A program made the translations under genes and the position numbers. This document shows positions 22,401 through 35,334 of a stretch of DNA of 39,275 nucleotides, in pieces (within the stretch, counting starts at the first letter, position 1; each line of letters starts with the position of its first letter). The stretch is from Intoshia linei. Taxonomy: Eukaryota; Animalia; Orthonectida. The notes beneath the pieces are model-generated. The model was not told where the DNA came from. It ran no database searches and saw nothing but the letters and a program-made list of their open reading frames with translations. Location: positions 1 to 39,275 of the forward strand of contig LWCA01000217.1 in the NCBI GenBank assembly GCA_001642005.1, written 5' to 3'.

Positions 22401-25400
22401 AAATCACAAGATATCATATTACCAATCTCAATCAATAACTTGACTGTAAAAAATTCATTCCAGCATGGTGTATATATAAAAAGTCGACTAGGTTTGATTT
22501 CTATATCAAACAGTACTTTTAGAGGTAATATTGGAATGGGAATGAAATTAATACTAATTGACCATCGATGGCCAATTCATGATAGTGTAAATTCCATGTG
22601 TTCTAAATCTAGTAGTATCAATCAAATTTACCCGGCAATTTTTGTCGCTGGACCGCCTCCATATGAGAATAACTTGGAAAGCAAACTATCCCGTTATAAT
22701 TGTTCTAGAACTTTGATTACTAGCATTGATAAATTATTGACAATTTCCTTTTTGATGGTCGATATGGATTTAGATACATCAGCGTCAATTACTTTTTTTG
22801 ATGGTACTTCAAATAAATCTCCAATAATTGCTTCATTTTACCTTCACAATAATACCTTACCTAGTGCGATCAACAGCATGTACAATTACATTTATATTGA
22901 ATTTCAATCAAATTATCCTAGTCGACGGGTAGAAAAGTGTCACTGGCTGCCATCTTGTGTTTTAGTTTCATTTTTAGTCACTTCTGATTATTTATTATCA
23001 AAAGACAGCGAAAGATCCAATGCAGGTATAGAAATTGTTTCCAATAATTTTCTGTACAACCAACAGGGTGCTTTGCACGTTCAAAACATGAGAAGTGTTA
23101 CTTTTATTAAAAACAACTCCTTTAATTATAATTCCGGGTATTCAAATTTGAAATTGGATGCCGGTGCAGGTAGAATTATTGTTGAAAAGAACCAATTTCA
23201 CAATAATTCTGGAAATGCAATGAATATCACTTATGCTGGAGGGGAAACTACTTTATCATTCAACTTTTTTAATGGTAATTCTGGGAGCGGTATAAATATT
23301 ACATTTTCTTCTAATGTTTATTTGGGTTATATGAAACGAATGCCCACTGGAATGGCTCAAAAAACTATTATATATCGTAATCACTTTTCTAGACATGTCG
23401 ATATTCCAGTAAATGTTGGAAATTTTTGTACAGGTGTCCATCAATTGACTATTAACAATACAAAGTTTCAATATAATCATGCTGCAATTAAAGTTGATTC
23501 TTGTTGGCAAAATTCTCCATTTAAAATGTTAAATTTGACAAATGTTGATTTTCGCCGGGATGAAAACAAATTTCAAAAAAAACGTGTACCCGGTTTTGAA
23601 ATGTCAAATACTTTGTTTGAATTATCGAAAATTTTAGGATTTAATCCAATTTATAATAATGTTGCAATTTATCATTATAGGTTTTACAAGTTAATGTGGT
23701 TTCCTTTTATGAATTTTTTAAATATTTCTTTTGTCGGTACTAATTTTGATGCTATCGCTTTTTTTTATAATGTACCTCTTTTTAATTTTACTATTGCTTT
23801 CAACCAATTTGTTAATAATACTAGGTTTGATTTTATTTTTTATTTACTTGCTCCCTTTTTCATTGTTAATGTTTAGATTCCAAAAAATATTCGACCATGC
23901 TTTGACGAATATACAAAACTCTTCAAATAGTAAGTTTTTTTAGTGTCATGAAACCAGTGTTTAGTCAAAATTATACATTTTTTAAAGACTCGGGTATGGT
24001 CCTTGTCGGACGGACAGGAATGTACGGTATAGGGAAATTTTATTGGTCGTGAAAAAATTTTTATAGGTGTAGTCAGTTTGAGCTTTTTCGCAGACGATGT
24101 GGTATCAGATCCTCACTGCTGTTTTAAAGATTTTTTTGTAAGAATGACCAATTATTATTAGAATTAAAAAATGAAATGAGAATATTAAATAGAACAAGAT
24201 CCCATAAAATGTTAAAAATATTCCCTTAAAAACCCTACAAAATTTTAAAAAAAGGATAGTGTACATTTTTGAGTAATCAAGTGATAATGTAAATTTTGAT
24301 GAAACAATACCGTCAACAACAGAGCCGTTTTAAGGCATGGGCTATATGGGCTGTAGGCCAGGGCCACTCATTAAAAAAGACCCCCAAATGAATAAAAGTA
24401 ATTCACATTTATATCTTAAGAAACAGTTTATAAGTTTTGAAATGTGGGAATTCGAATAGCTATAAAGAAAATAGTTAAGTTACTATTTAAGTTACTTTAC
24501 TTTTAGTATTTAAGTTACTAAAAACCTACATAATATCTTTTAATGATTTTATTAATACTCAATAAAATAAGACTCTAAGTCTCTAACCAACAGTATGCCC
24601 TGTCTTCTAAAAAGGGGCCCTAAAATTTTTTTATCGAATTGCTCGAAATAGTTTAATGCTTCGGTTAAAACTTTAAAGGGCCTCCGGCCCTTTTCTTAGC
24701 CCAGAGCCACGAAGTGACTTAAGACGGCTGTGGTCAACAAGTGTACCTAATTCGTCTGAAGATAATTTTAGATTTTTTTACCAAATTGTATTTGGTATAA
24801 TTTGTATTTGTTTTTGCTAAGAATATTATGAATTTAGAAAAAATAAAAAGAGTTTCCAATATAAATCAATAAGATAACCGATTATTTTAATATACTAATA
24901 ATATAGTAAATTAAATAACTTTTCGTCACATTTGTTTTTATTAGATATTAGCTTGACTGTTATGTACTTCGTACAAACAGCATCCTAGCTCTGCCGAGGG
25001 CAAACATTTTTATTCTACCAGAAAAATAAATTCAATAAGAAAATTTAACTTAAAAATCCTACTATTCACTATTATCGATCCTTTAACATTTATCATTCCG
25101 CTAATAGTTTCCGTGATTGCAGGTACTATTGCTTTAAATATGTTGATGTATATATGATAACTAAGATATATTCAAAATATTACTGTGCTAGAACTACCTC
25201 TGAAAATGGGGTTACACGCGTGATTTTATTTGGGTAATCTTTTTCCATCAGTTTTTAATTATTAAAATGATTTAAATACGAATTAAATACAAAATTAAAA
25301 TAAAACAATAATCAAAATTACTAGAAAACCTCCATTGTTCCATTTTGGGAACATTGATTTTTATTAGCTTATTGTACTTATATTGCTTTAGTAATTTTGT

Positions 25401-28400
25401 TTATTTTACTATTAAAGTATAATAAATATGATGGAAAATAATATGTGACCGAGCTAGTGTTGTAGTTGAAAAACATAAGCTTTCAATTTCAAATTGAAAA
25501 TGGGACTGAAAATCTATAAATTTTATTGACTCTCTGAAACACGAACCAATGGATATAAAGTGATAATTTTTTTAGAGGTAATAGACGATACGATGGGTGT
25601 TCGATTAATTTAATTAGATGCATGTAAATAATTAGTAACTCATACTAATGTAGTTTAAATTGTACCGGAAAAACATGTTCCATTTTGGGAACATTGGCAG
25701 GATAAAGGTTAAAGGAGTGGTTCCCAAATTTGTTTCAGGTGGAACCATCATATCACATTACTTTTTACTTTAAAGTGAATTATTCCACTTAATTTTTTAT
25801 TTGTTAACATTTGCGTAAAGAATTTTAAAAACAATTGTTATCCCATTTTTTTAATTTATTAGACGAAGGTGTAGAAGACACACTGTGTATAAATTTTAAA
25901 AATAAAGTAAAAACAGTAGAATCCTTAAAATTGTCATAAATAGCATAAATTCCAGAAAAAATAAAATTGTAAAAACCTATTTTGTCATTTTCAATGTCAA
26001 AATATATATTCAGTACCAATTTAATAAATATTTAAAAATACCAATTATATATCAATAATTAACGAAATCAGCAATTTATAAACATATTTCAGATGAATTT
26101 TACCAATATTGCAAATGATTGTAATAAATATAAAAATCATAATAAAAAAGTTATATTACTTTTAGTAATTCGTTGTTGTAGTTTTAATTTAAATTTTAAC
26201 TAAAATTTTTTGAAAATGATAATTTGAAATTAAAAAATTGCGTAATAATGAAAAAAATTCCGAACAAATGAATTATATAGATTTTCAGCTATACTTCTTT
26301 ATTGAAAATGTGTAGACGTTCAATGCACATTTTTTTTTGAAATTGTAGGATCAATATTTACATTTTCAATTTTAGTTCACTGTTAATCGAAATATTTGAA
26401 AAATATTGGTTGATATAATATTTAAAATTATTTTTCAATTAAAATTATTACCGGGAATCATAGACTTCTAATCTTAATATATTTTTTCATATCATAAATT
26501 TTGGTTGAAATTTGGTCTTTATATATGATGAAATAATCTTTATCAGAACAATCTTCTTTTTTTAATTCTTTGTAGGACCGTTAATTATTTCAAATTTTTT
26601 GTTTTAATAAAATAGTTTTGAAATAAAAAAAAATAAATTAATGAGTACTTTTTTGCTGTAGAAGGCGTCACTTATTCAGATTTAAAATTTTTTGTGTATC
26701 TTAACAGGATACAACTGTACCATCTGTATTTTTTTTTAAATTCTAGGGCTGTTTTTATTTAAAAAAAAATGGTAATGTGGAGTTTTGATCGTGAAAATTA
26801 TTTTTTTTAAGGTTTCCAATTATTAAATAATCTTTATGATTTTAAAAGTTATCCCAGAATTTATATTTAAAAATATTTTAGGATGTTTCATTTTTAAAAC
26901 AAAGGGTAATTTGTGGTTTTGACCATGAAGGTATACGTTTCTGAGATTGACATTAACGACCATGTTAATGCTTAACTCAGGGTTTCTTAACCTTTTTTAC
27001 TGCGCGGAACCCTTATGAAATTTCAAAAAATCGCGGCACCTAAAAGCATGATCAAAAATTTTTTTTTCATGTCGCATATATAAAACAATTTGATTTTTAA
27101 TTAAAAAATTACGCTACTAATATAGACAACATAAATTTTTTTTCCTTCTCAATGAGAAATTTGGGCCTGATATTTTTTACAGAGATTTTTAATTATTAGT
27201 CGTGTTTTTGAGAAACATAGACAAAGTTCTTCTTTTTCTACCGACAGCAGCTTTTCCCGTTTCTTATGCTTAATTGCTGTCAATGCAGAAAATGCCAATT
27301 CACACAAGTGGGATGTTGAAAATTGTATTAGAATTTTAAACATCATTTTTCAGATTCTCATACTCACAACGTATAATACTTTTATTAAAACTTATTTGAT
27401 TTAAATTTGAGAAATGATGTTGTTTCATTGCATACAACAGTAATTTAGGAAAACTTTAAATTGAAAAATATCGCATTTATATTTCACGGAACCCCTGGGT
27501 ACCGCGTAAAATGGGTTGAGAGCCATTGGCTTAACGGATAAAAACACGTTATGCGAAAAAATGTATTAGAAATTTGGTTTTTTTAAATTCTGCGACTGTC
27601 AATTTTTTCAATAAATGGTTAACATAAATAAACACACACAGACATTCATTTTTATATAAGTAAAGGATTATATACTAAGATTTTATTGTCATGTGTCAAT
27701 ATTCCTGCCTTTATCAAACTTACCATTTTATTTATACATTTTTCAATACTATAAAATTGTACTTTTTAAATGATTGCATTATTTTTTTGATGTACCTCAT
27801 GAAAAAGTCATTATCAACTTTCTTAATCTGATTAAATAGTATCATGGTTCAATTAATTTAATAGATAACATAATTTTATCATTACTCTCAATTTTTGGGC
27901 ACCCTGCCTTTTGGGGCCTTTTTCAAAAAAGGTGTTCAAAACGTGGTTATAGTAGCATTTTTAACTTGTTCACAATTAACTAAGTATAAAAATATAATTA
28001 ATTTAAATTTTAGACATTTTTCCAAACTTTAAAGAAATACCGAAAAATGAAGATATTCCGACCAGTGAATATTTAATATCCCTATCACCATTATACAATG
28101 CCCTATGTTTTATTTCAAACAACACATTTACGAATAATGAAAATGGATTAATAAAAATAGAAAACTCTAATTATTTATACAACTTACGTTATTCTATCCC
28201 AAAATTGTATTTGCGATTACAGGGAAATATATTGAATAAAAATAAAATGAGAACTAAATTTGGTATAAAACTAATACTAGATAGATTTTCCTTCAACCAT
28301 CAATCAGTTTTGGTCAAACACAACATTTTCACAAACAATAACGTACTCTGTAAAAATACAAACAATAAAAAGATGCAAGATTTGTTAAATTTAAAAAATG

Positions 28401-31400
28401 AACTAGTCACTTCAAATGACTCTTATTCAAAATTTCTCGACTCTAACAACAATAAAAATTTTACCTCTCGGGACCTTGATGGATTACTACAAACGATGTA
28501 TAACGCTCAATTTAAAGATTGTGGGTTATTTTTGACAAGTTTTGGTAATATTGTGTTGAAATACAATGTTTTTAATAATTTTGATATAAAATACCAGATT
28601 TTTGGTTACAAAAGATTTAGACAACATTTTTTACATGTTGACGCTACATTAAATTATTGGAACACTGTAATTTATTCAAACATTTCAACTCTTATTTTTG
28701 ATAATCGATACGATGCAGATTTGTTTACAATAAATTACCATCCTGCCTTGAAATATAACGATTTTTCTGGAATGTGGATTACAGATGACTCGAGGAATGA
28801 AATTAATCCATTTATAATAAAAAGGTTTCATTTTAATGGTACACAATGTGCTTTTATTGGAGGTATAATTTTAAAATCTCTGCAATATTTAAAAAATGTC
28901 AAGATTGTTTATGTGTTTAGAGATGTACAAGTGTCGAATTCGTCAAAATTTGTAGTTGATTCGAATGTCGAGTTTTATTTTATGAAAAATACTGGAATTT
29001 ACGTTTATGGGGCAATAGATTTTGATGGCGTCACTTTATTCAAATATCAGAGTGACTGGAAAGGTGTTCATTTAATTTCATCTTCTCGGAGGAGTAATTT
29101 GAAAAATTTAGTAATTGGTGGAGTTGGAGGTGTAGGTTATTTGAATTTGAATTTACCTGCATTGTGGATTAATCATCATCTTCATAGTGTTGCAGAGTGT
29201 AGATTTGAAAATAATAATTTGGCAATTTTTGTTTTTTCTACGGACGGTAATATTAATGAGATTTTTACAAATTTGACTTTTATTGGTAATAATTTTGATA
29301 TTCGTGTTGCGAATCAGCAAAGTGTTGCCATTCAGGGTTGTATTTTTTTCAACAGTAGTAAAATTAGTGTACAATATGGAGCATTGTCCGATTTATGGGA
29401 TCGAATTGACTATTGGAGAGTTTATATGGATTTAATTGTTGGAAGTCATATTTTCGATTTAAAAAATTATTTTTTGTTGGATTTAAACACTTTTGAATGG
29501 TGGAATGGGTTGGATGATGTTTATCAATCTTATCAATTTAATAAAAGGGTTAATATCGATCAAGTTATTGATGCTAATGTTACATTGTACACTTTGGCGC
29601 CCAAAGAGAATATTTTGGTTCGTTTTAATGAAGGAACCGGGAATGGACAATATAATGTTGACGTTTCGAAAAATGTTTTCAATATTTACGGAATAACCTT
29701 AAATACGGTCAAGTTACACACATTGATTGTTGATGTACTAAATTTTAATCATTACAGAAACGAAGTGGCTTTTTTGGTACAAAATTCCACATTTATTGGA
29801 AAAAACCCAAAGTTTTACGTTATTCACGATGAATTTATATCTATATATCCGATGCAATCTCCAGTGTTTACTTTTTATGTAATTTCAAAAAAACCTGTAC
29901 ATGACAATCGTTTATTAGTTTCTATTAAATCTAGGTATATTAATACTAGTATTAATTCTAAGTACCAGACTGGAAAAGGGTTGATTATTAAAAATTGTAC
30001 CTTTCAATATAATAAAAATGCAATCCAAATCAAGATACCTGTTTATTCTACAAATATTTATGGTGTTGGTATTGCCAAGAGTAGAAATTTTTCCTTGATT
30101 TTAGACGGGGTAAATTTTTATGAAAATTGGGACCCTGTTGATATTCAATTTGTGTCAATTTATGATTTATATAGTTTTGTGAAAATTTTGCAACCTAATG
30201 AATCAAAAATTGATCCAATGGATGAAAAAATTACGGGTTTTTTTAGTCACCGCGTTACTTGTCAAATGTATGTTTCAATTTTTTTATGCAAGTTTGTGAA
30301 AAATTCGGAATTGATAAATTTAGATTCTCGTGTAACAAGTAAATTAAATTATGGATATCGTTCAGATTCTGTTAATTTTAAGATTAAAAATTGTACATTT
30401 AATGATAATGTTGGTAAAATTTTGATAAATTTGCCAATATATGATTCTGATGATGGAGTAGTAATGGATAATTATGTTGGTATTATGAATAATTGGTTTT
30501 TGAATAATAATTTTCAGATTATTATTGATGGATTTCACGGGTTAATTGATGTGAATCAAAATTTTTTAAATTTTAATTTACTTTATGTTGAAAAAATGAA
30601 ACGAAAAATTTCACAAAGTTTACAAATTGAAAATAATCCAAATAGATTAAAAGGTTTAATTAGTTTGATGGGTACATTAAAAAGATTCAACATTTTAAGC
30701 AATATTTTTACCAATAATGTTGCTTATCGAATTTTATCACTTTATTATGATAATTGTATGCCATTTGGAGACTATTTTCATGTTTTGATTGAATCAAATA
30801 TAATTGATAATTATTTCTACAAAAACAATGGAAATGAAGAAAAAATTGATAAAAATTTAACTAAATCTGACATTAAGTCAACAATATCGAAAGCTTGGTT
30901 CAAATCTTTAAAAATTGGATGGCGTAGTGTAGATTGTCTAATTTATTTGGAAAAGTATAACAATGTGTCTATAAATGGAAATTTATTTGATAAAAATGGA
31001 TTAAATTTTGATTTAATTGCTTTTAATGAATTTAATGTGGTTTATCCATCTGATGATGAAAATAATTACGGAAAAATTATAGCTACTATGAATTTGTGGC
31101 TTTTTCCAGGTTTCAATCAAGATTCAGTGTCTAAAAATGATTATCAAGAATGGATTTATGGTAGAATTTTAAGTTTTTCTAGGTGTGGTCATAAATTTTA
31201 TAATGTTCAATCTAGTCCGTTTATGACATTTCCAAGTAAAAGTAATGAATACGAATTTTTGAAATGTCATCAATTTCTAGAAAAAATTAAAATTCTTGTA
31301 AACGAAAAGAATACCATCAATTTCACTTCTACTGTGGCTATTTTTGAATTGATTAATAATGTTAAAAAGTATTTATCTATAAATTATATTGATAGTGATG

Positions 31401-34400
31401 AACAGGTCAATAGTTTTGTTCCACATGCGAAAATTTTAGCTGGTACTGTTTGGAAATCTACAATTTTAAAGTACAGAACATTACCATATGTTTTTAAACA
31501 AGATGTCACCGTTATGCCTTTGATTAGTTTGACTATTGAAGCTGGTTGTGAAATAATTTTGGGTCATAATGTTCAAGTTGTGGTTTATGGGTTTCTTATT
31601 GCTGAAGGTACAGAATCTAGGAAAATCATGTTTGATTCTGTTTATTCTGATTCGCAGGATTCAATTTTTTATTATTTTATGAAACTGTATCATTTAAGGA
31701 CAATAGACTTAATTTTACTGCAAGATTATTCCAATACTGAGGAGTATGACGGTGAATCTAATTTAATGGTCAATTATCAAAAGTTTAATAAAATTAACAA
31801 TTCTTGTACATTTTGTCATTTCAATCGAGAAAATTTTACATTTTTCAAGGATTCAAAAGATTCTAGGGATTTAACATTTTTAGAAAATTTTACCTTTAAA
31901 CCAATACGATTAATTGATAAATATTCTGCATTAAATGTGGGGAGAGGATTTTTGCAAATTTATAATAAAACGATTGTTGACTGGACTTTAATGTGTGATC
32001 AAAATTTTGGACTTTTGGAGGCTCGAGTAGTTTGCAGGCAAATGGGTTTTCCTTTTTCACCCTCCATACACGTTTGGCACAATAAATATTGGGATGTTTA
32101 TAGCTTGGGGTATTTATCTTTGCATTTGAAGAACGAAGAATTTTTTCATAGATTATCATATGTTTGTACGGGTTATGAAGAAAATTTAAATGATTGTGAA
32201 AAACATTACAATATTGGATTGAAGCAGTGTATACATAAAAAAAAAATTGTGGTAGTTCAATGTGTACCACCACATGATGTTTCGAAATTTGTGAAAGAGT
32301 TGAAAAAATATCAAAATATGGATTCTGTGGATTTTAAACTAGCAGTAACAGAATTGAAAGGTCGATATTCGACAAATTTGGAGGGTCGTTTGGATAATGA
32401 TGAAAAATTATTAATTGATTATGATAAATTTAATAATTTCGTTCAAAATTGTAATGATGATATTTTTGAATATGTCGGTATCAGATATATTGCTAAACGA
32501 AATGCAAATAAATTTGAAAATTCTTGGGGAAATATTATCATTTTTCCTCCGAATAATGTCAGGTTTGATTTCACAGCGTCATACAATTATCATCGATCTT
32601 TTCTTAAATATGTTATAATTAATAATGCCGGGAAAATGTACAATCAAATTGTTCCATGTATTCAATCTATTCGACAATCTGTTGATTTTAGTGATATGAA
32701 TGTTATTAATTGTTATTCTACTGCAATTGAATCAATTTCTCCCCTTTTACCAATTTTATTAAATTTAATCAAAATACAATATTCTTATTCTTTTTCTCCT
32801 GCCATAAATATTGTTGATATTACTCCAGCCATTTCAAATACTTTATACAAATTTGACGATGCAGTGATTAATCATATACCAAACAACATTTTGCTCGATA
32901 TTGAAGCTAGTTTTGCTTCGCCAGTGTTTATTAACATGTGTTCACCTGAAAGAATTACAGAAATATCTAGTTCTATTATTGCCGTTTTTTCGGGTGGTAA
33001 TTACTATAAAGATTGTTTTCATACTTTTCGAAATTATCAACAGGGTGGTCAGGTTGTAGCAAAATTAATTTTACTTAATTTACCTGCACCCACTATTTAT
33101 TTTCGAAATTGTATAGACTTTTATACGAATGATAAAATGAATGTCACAAATTATTTAACCAGCATTGATTCCAGTTATATGAAGGCCTATCAAAATATTT
33201 TAGTGTATAGTAGACCTCTCAATGACACTTTATCAGTAAGAATCCAAATGCAACCAAAAAGCCCCGATTATGGCTTTATTTTGGAAATTAGCCCAATTGA
33301 AAACAGACGCGCTCAAAATGTTTTTAAAAATACGTATTATGAACACAAGGTTGAGAATTGTACATTTTCGAATAATGGCCAATCTACAGCCTTGGCGTAT
33401 ACTAGTATTGGGTTCATTGGCGCTTCGTTAGCTTTTCGGTACAATGTAGTAAAATATTGTGGAAAGGATTACAATTTTTACAATTCGTCAAATAGAGCTA
33501 TATTACAGTTTAATGTACAGAATGTCGAGAGAATGGAAGTTTGTGGAAATTTTTTTAAAGAAAATTATGGAGGTGGTATAGAAATTAAAACTGACCCTTA
33601 TCAATCTAGAAGTTCTGCGTTAGTAGCAAATATCACTTTTAATAATTGGAAAAGTAATTTAAATGGAATTATTTTATATTTGTATGGATCGACTTATTCA
33701 AATTATTTTATTTATAAAAATTTTGTTAGTTCTAATTATGCTGGATTAATGAGAAATTTAATTTTTATTCGGAATGGAAGTGTCTTATTTAGTCATAATA
33801 TTTTTGCGGGTAATCGCGCGAGGTGTATTGTAAATAGTTCAATTTCTAGACATTCTATTATTAAACAACGTTATATCTGGTCTTCTTTTTATGAAAATGT
33901 TGCCACAGGACCATTCCATACCACCTTTTTTATTGACACTCCACATCACAAAATTAGTAACAATTATTTAGTGAATCGTAAAAACTTTTTCGAGTTGGTC
34001 ACTGTTAATAGAACTCGCTATCGAAATCAGCAATTTCCAGCAATCGTTGCTACGAATAATTATTGGGGAGAATCTTTGGAAAATTTTGTTCAAGGTAGAA
34101 TATGGGATTATGTCGATGACATGTTTTTAATTCAAGTCAAGTATAGGCCATACTTTTATTCAAATACATCTCTTATTGAAGGTCGGTGTATTTTCGGATG
34201 GCGTTTGTTTCAAAATAGGTGTTATACATTTATGGGTGGAGTAGCAAATTATAAGGATGCTCGACAACATTGCAAACATGAAAAGTCTAAATTGGCGGAT
34301 GGTAGAAATTGGAAAACTATTAGCTTTTTTAGGGAACTGTCTGCTACATATACTAGGAAACATGTCTTGTTGTGGACTAGACCTCGCCGTGGAACAGATT

Positions 34401-35314
34401 CGTCAAAATGTCATGTGATTGACAACTATTCTTTAAGAGAACATGAAAATTGTGATATTCAAATACCCTTTATTTGCGAAAAAGATCCATATGTTGAAAC
34501 AATCTTTTCGCCATATGTATTGGGGTATGGTATTTCCGCGTTTGTTTTGTTGTTTATGATTCTTTTAATAGTGCTGATTCTAGTATATATTAAATCTCAC
34601 CATCGCAAAGAACAGTCCGTTATACGTCAAGATACTTTGTCGTCAAGAATCTGTCCGTCCAATCGATCCGATACTGCTTATTCTCTCAAATCTATTCGAT
34701 CCATCAAAAGTAAAAGTTCTGCAGTGGATTTGAAATACTTTTCCAATGTTCATAAAGATTCTTTTGTTAGCGCTCCAAATAATAGTTATAATATATACAG
34801 TTCAAAACCTTTTGCCATCCAAAATGTAAATACTAGCAGTTTTGATGTCGATAGTAATGTCAAGCGTGATATTGATTCCATTAAAATTATTAGAAAGAAA
34901 TCTAGAGATGTCAACAATTTTTTTTCGCATTATAGCTCTAGTTTAGAAAATGGTTCTAACTCCGATTGTGATATATATACTGGTATATCTAAACGTGAAT
35001 CCATTCCATTATTGTTGATGAATGATAAAAAACACAAAAATAATAAGAAATCAATGGAAATTAATAATGATTTTAAATCAATCAATAAATGCTCAAAAAT
35101 GCCTAGAATGATTGATCCAATTTATTTCAACTTTGAAACTCTTGATGGTAGTGAAAATGAAAATGCTAAATTTTATACCTTTGATAAACCCAAATATGAT
35201 CCTGATGACAATTCAAATATGTATCAGGATGGATATGATCCTGATTTTATGAGAAATGCAACAAAATCATTTTTACCTTCTAAATCTACACCAAATATAT
35301 TCAAAAAATTTTGA
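19492..35314 (+). CDS. bark: Protein bark beetle / Anakonda-like type I membrane protein (SRCR, CUB-like, parallel beta-helix repeats, C-type lectin, TM; 6 exons, ~3231 aa)
   Basis: Phase-consistent exons 19492-19719, 19755-19915, 21731-21936, 22078-23824, 23877-23929, 28014-35314 (9696 nt). Signal peptide MFLSKIIISIFLLII. SRCR FRLTDG..RGNFEIF..KWRVVC..VVCNSMGY. CUB-like segment in exon 4. Many Asn-rich beta-helix repeats. SRCR IRLID..GRGFLQIY..MCDQNFGLLEARVVCRQMGF. CTL CIFGWRLFQNRCY..PFICE. TM at ~34515-34590, then a cytoplasmic tail. Confidence 0.9.
20230..20545 (+). mobile_element. Partial copy of piggyBac-like element (family C)
   Basis: Homologous to 25325-25712; ends GGGAACATTGACGGGTTAAAGG|TTAA. 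Confidence 0.5.
20885..21222 (-). mobile_element. Repeat family B (Helitron-like) copy
   Basis: Shares TTAACAG.ATACAACTGTACC..CTGTA, an internal ~65-bp tandem unit and the TCC terminus with the other family B copies. Confidence 0.6.
21252..21439. mobile_element. hAT (Charlie/Buster-type) MITE nested in a family A element
   Basis: Termini CAGGGTTTCTCAA / GTGAACCCCTG. Perfect 8-bp TSD TCATAACT (21244-51, 21440-47). Internal GGTCCG repeats. Confidence 0.9.
21440..21595 (+). mobile_element. Repeat family A copy, remainder after the hAT insertion
   Basis: TGTTAAATTTGAAATATCGAGTCAAGAGCC...TAGGGGCCAATTTTTCATTTTCGGG...GGTACGTTTGCCTCTG. Confidence 0.65.
24320..24732. mobile_element. hAT MITE (Tip100-like termini) in bark intron 5
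   Basis: 15-bp TIR CAGAGCCGTTTTAAG / CTTAAGACGGCTGTG with 2 mismatches. Perfect 8-bp TSD GTCAACAA (24312-19, 24733-40). Confidence 0.9.
25087..25708. mobile_element. piggyBac-like non-autonomous element (family C)
   Basis: Flanked by TTAA at 25083-86 and 25709-12. Imperfect TIR CATTTATCATTCC / GGCAGGATAAAGG. Internal repeated TGTTCCATTTTGGGAACATTG. Second copy at 20230-20545. Confidence 0.5.
26650..27667 (-). mobile_element. Repeat family B (Helitron-like) copy interrupted by a hAT element
   Basis: GAAGGCGTCACTTATTCAG...ATACAACTGTACCATCTGTA with tandem subunits. Homology resumes after 27536 and runs to TATATAAGTAAAGGA|T. Confidence 0.6.
26978..27528 (-). mobile_element. Internally deleted hAT Buster/Charlie element retaining the transposase C-terminus
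   Basis: Termini CAGGGTTTCTTAACC / GGTTGAGAGCCATTG. TSD GCTTAACT / GCTTAACG (7 of 8). ORF 27149-27346 LIQFSTSHLCELAFSALTAIKHKKREKL..VE..L.LC.S...AQISH matches the ZBED5/Buster-type hAT dimerisation C-terminus. Confidence 0.9.
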
Positions 35315-35328
35315 GAAATTTGTAAAAT

Positions 35329-35334
35329 AATAAA
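35329..35334 (+). terminator. Putative polyadenylation signal of the bark-like gene
   Basis: AATAAA 15 nt after the TGA, followed by a T-rich tract. Chance matches are common in AT-rich DNA. Confidence 0.45.

Noticed and set aside
29153-34363. Short antisense and alternative-frame ORFs within the large bark exon
   Set aside because: Shadow ORFs of a long coding exon with no independent signals.
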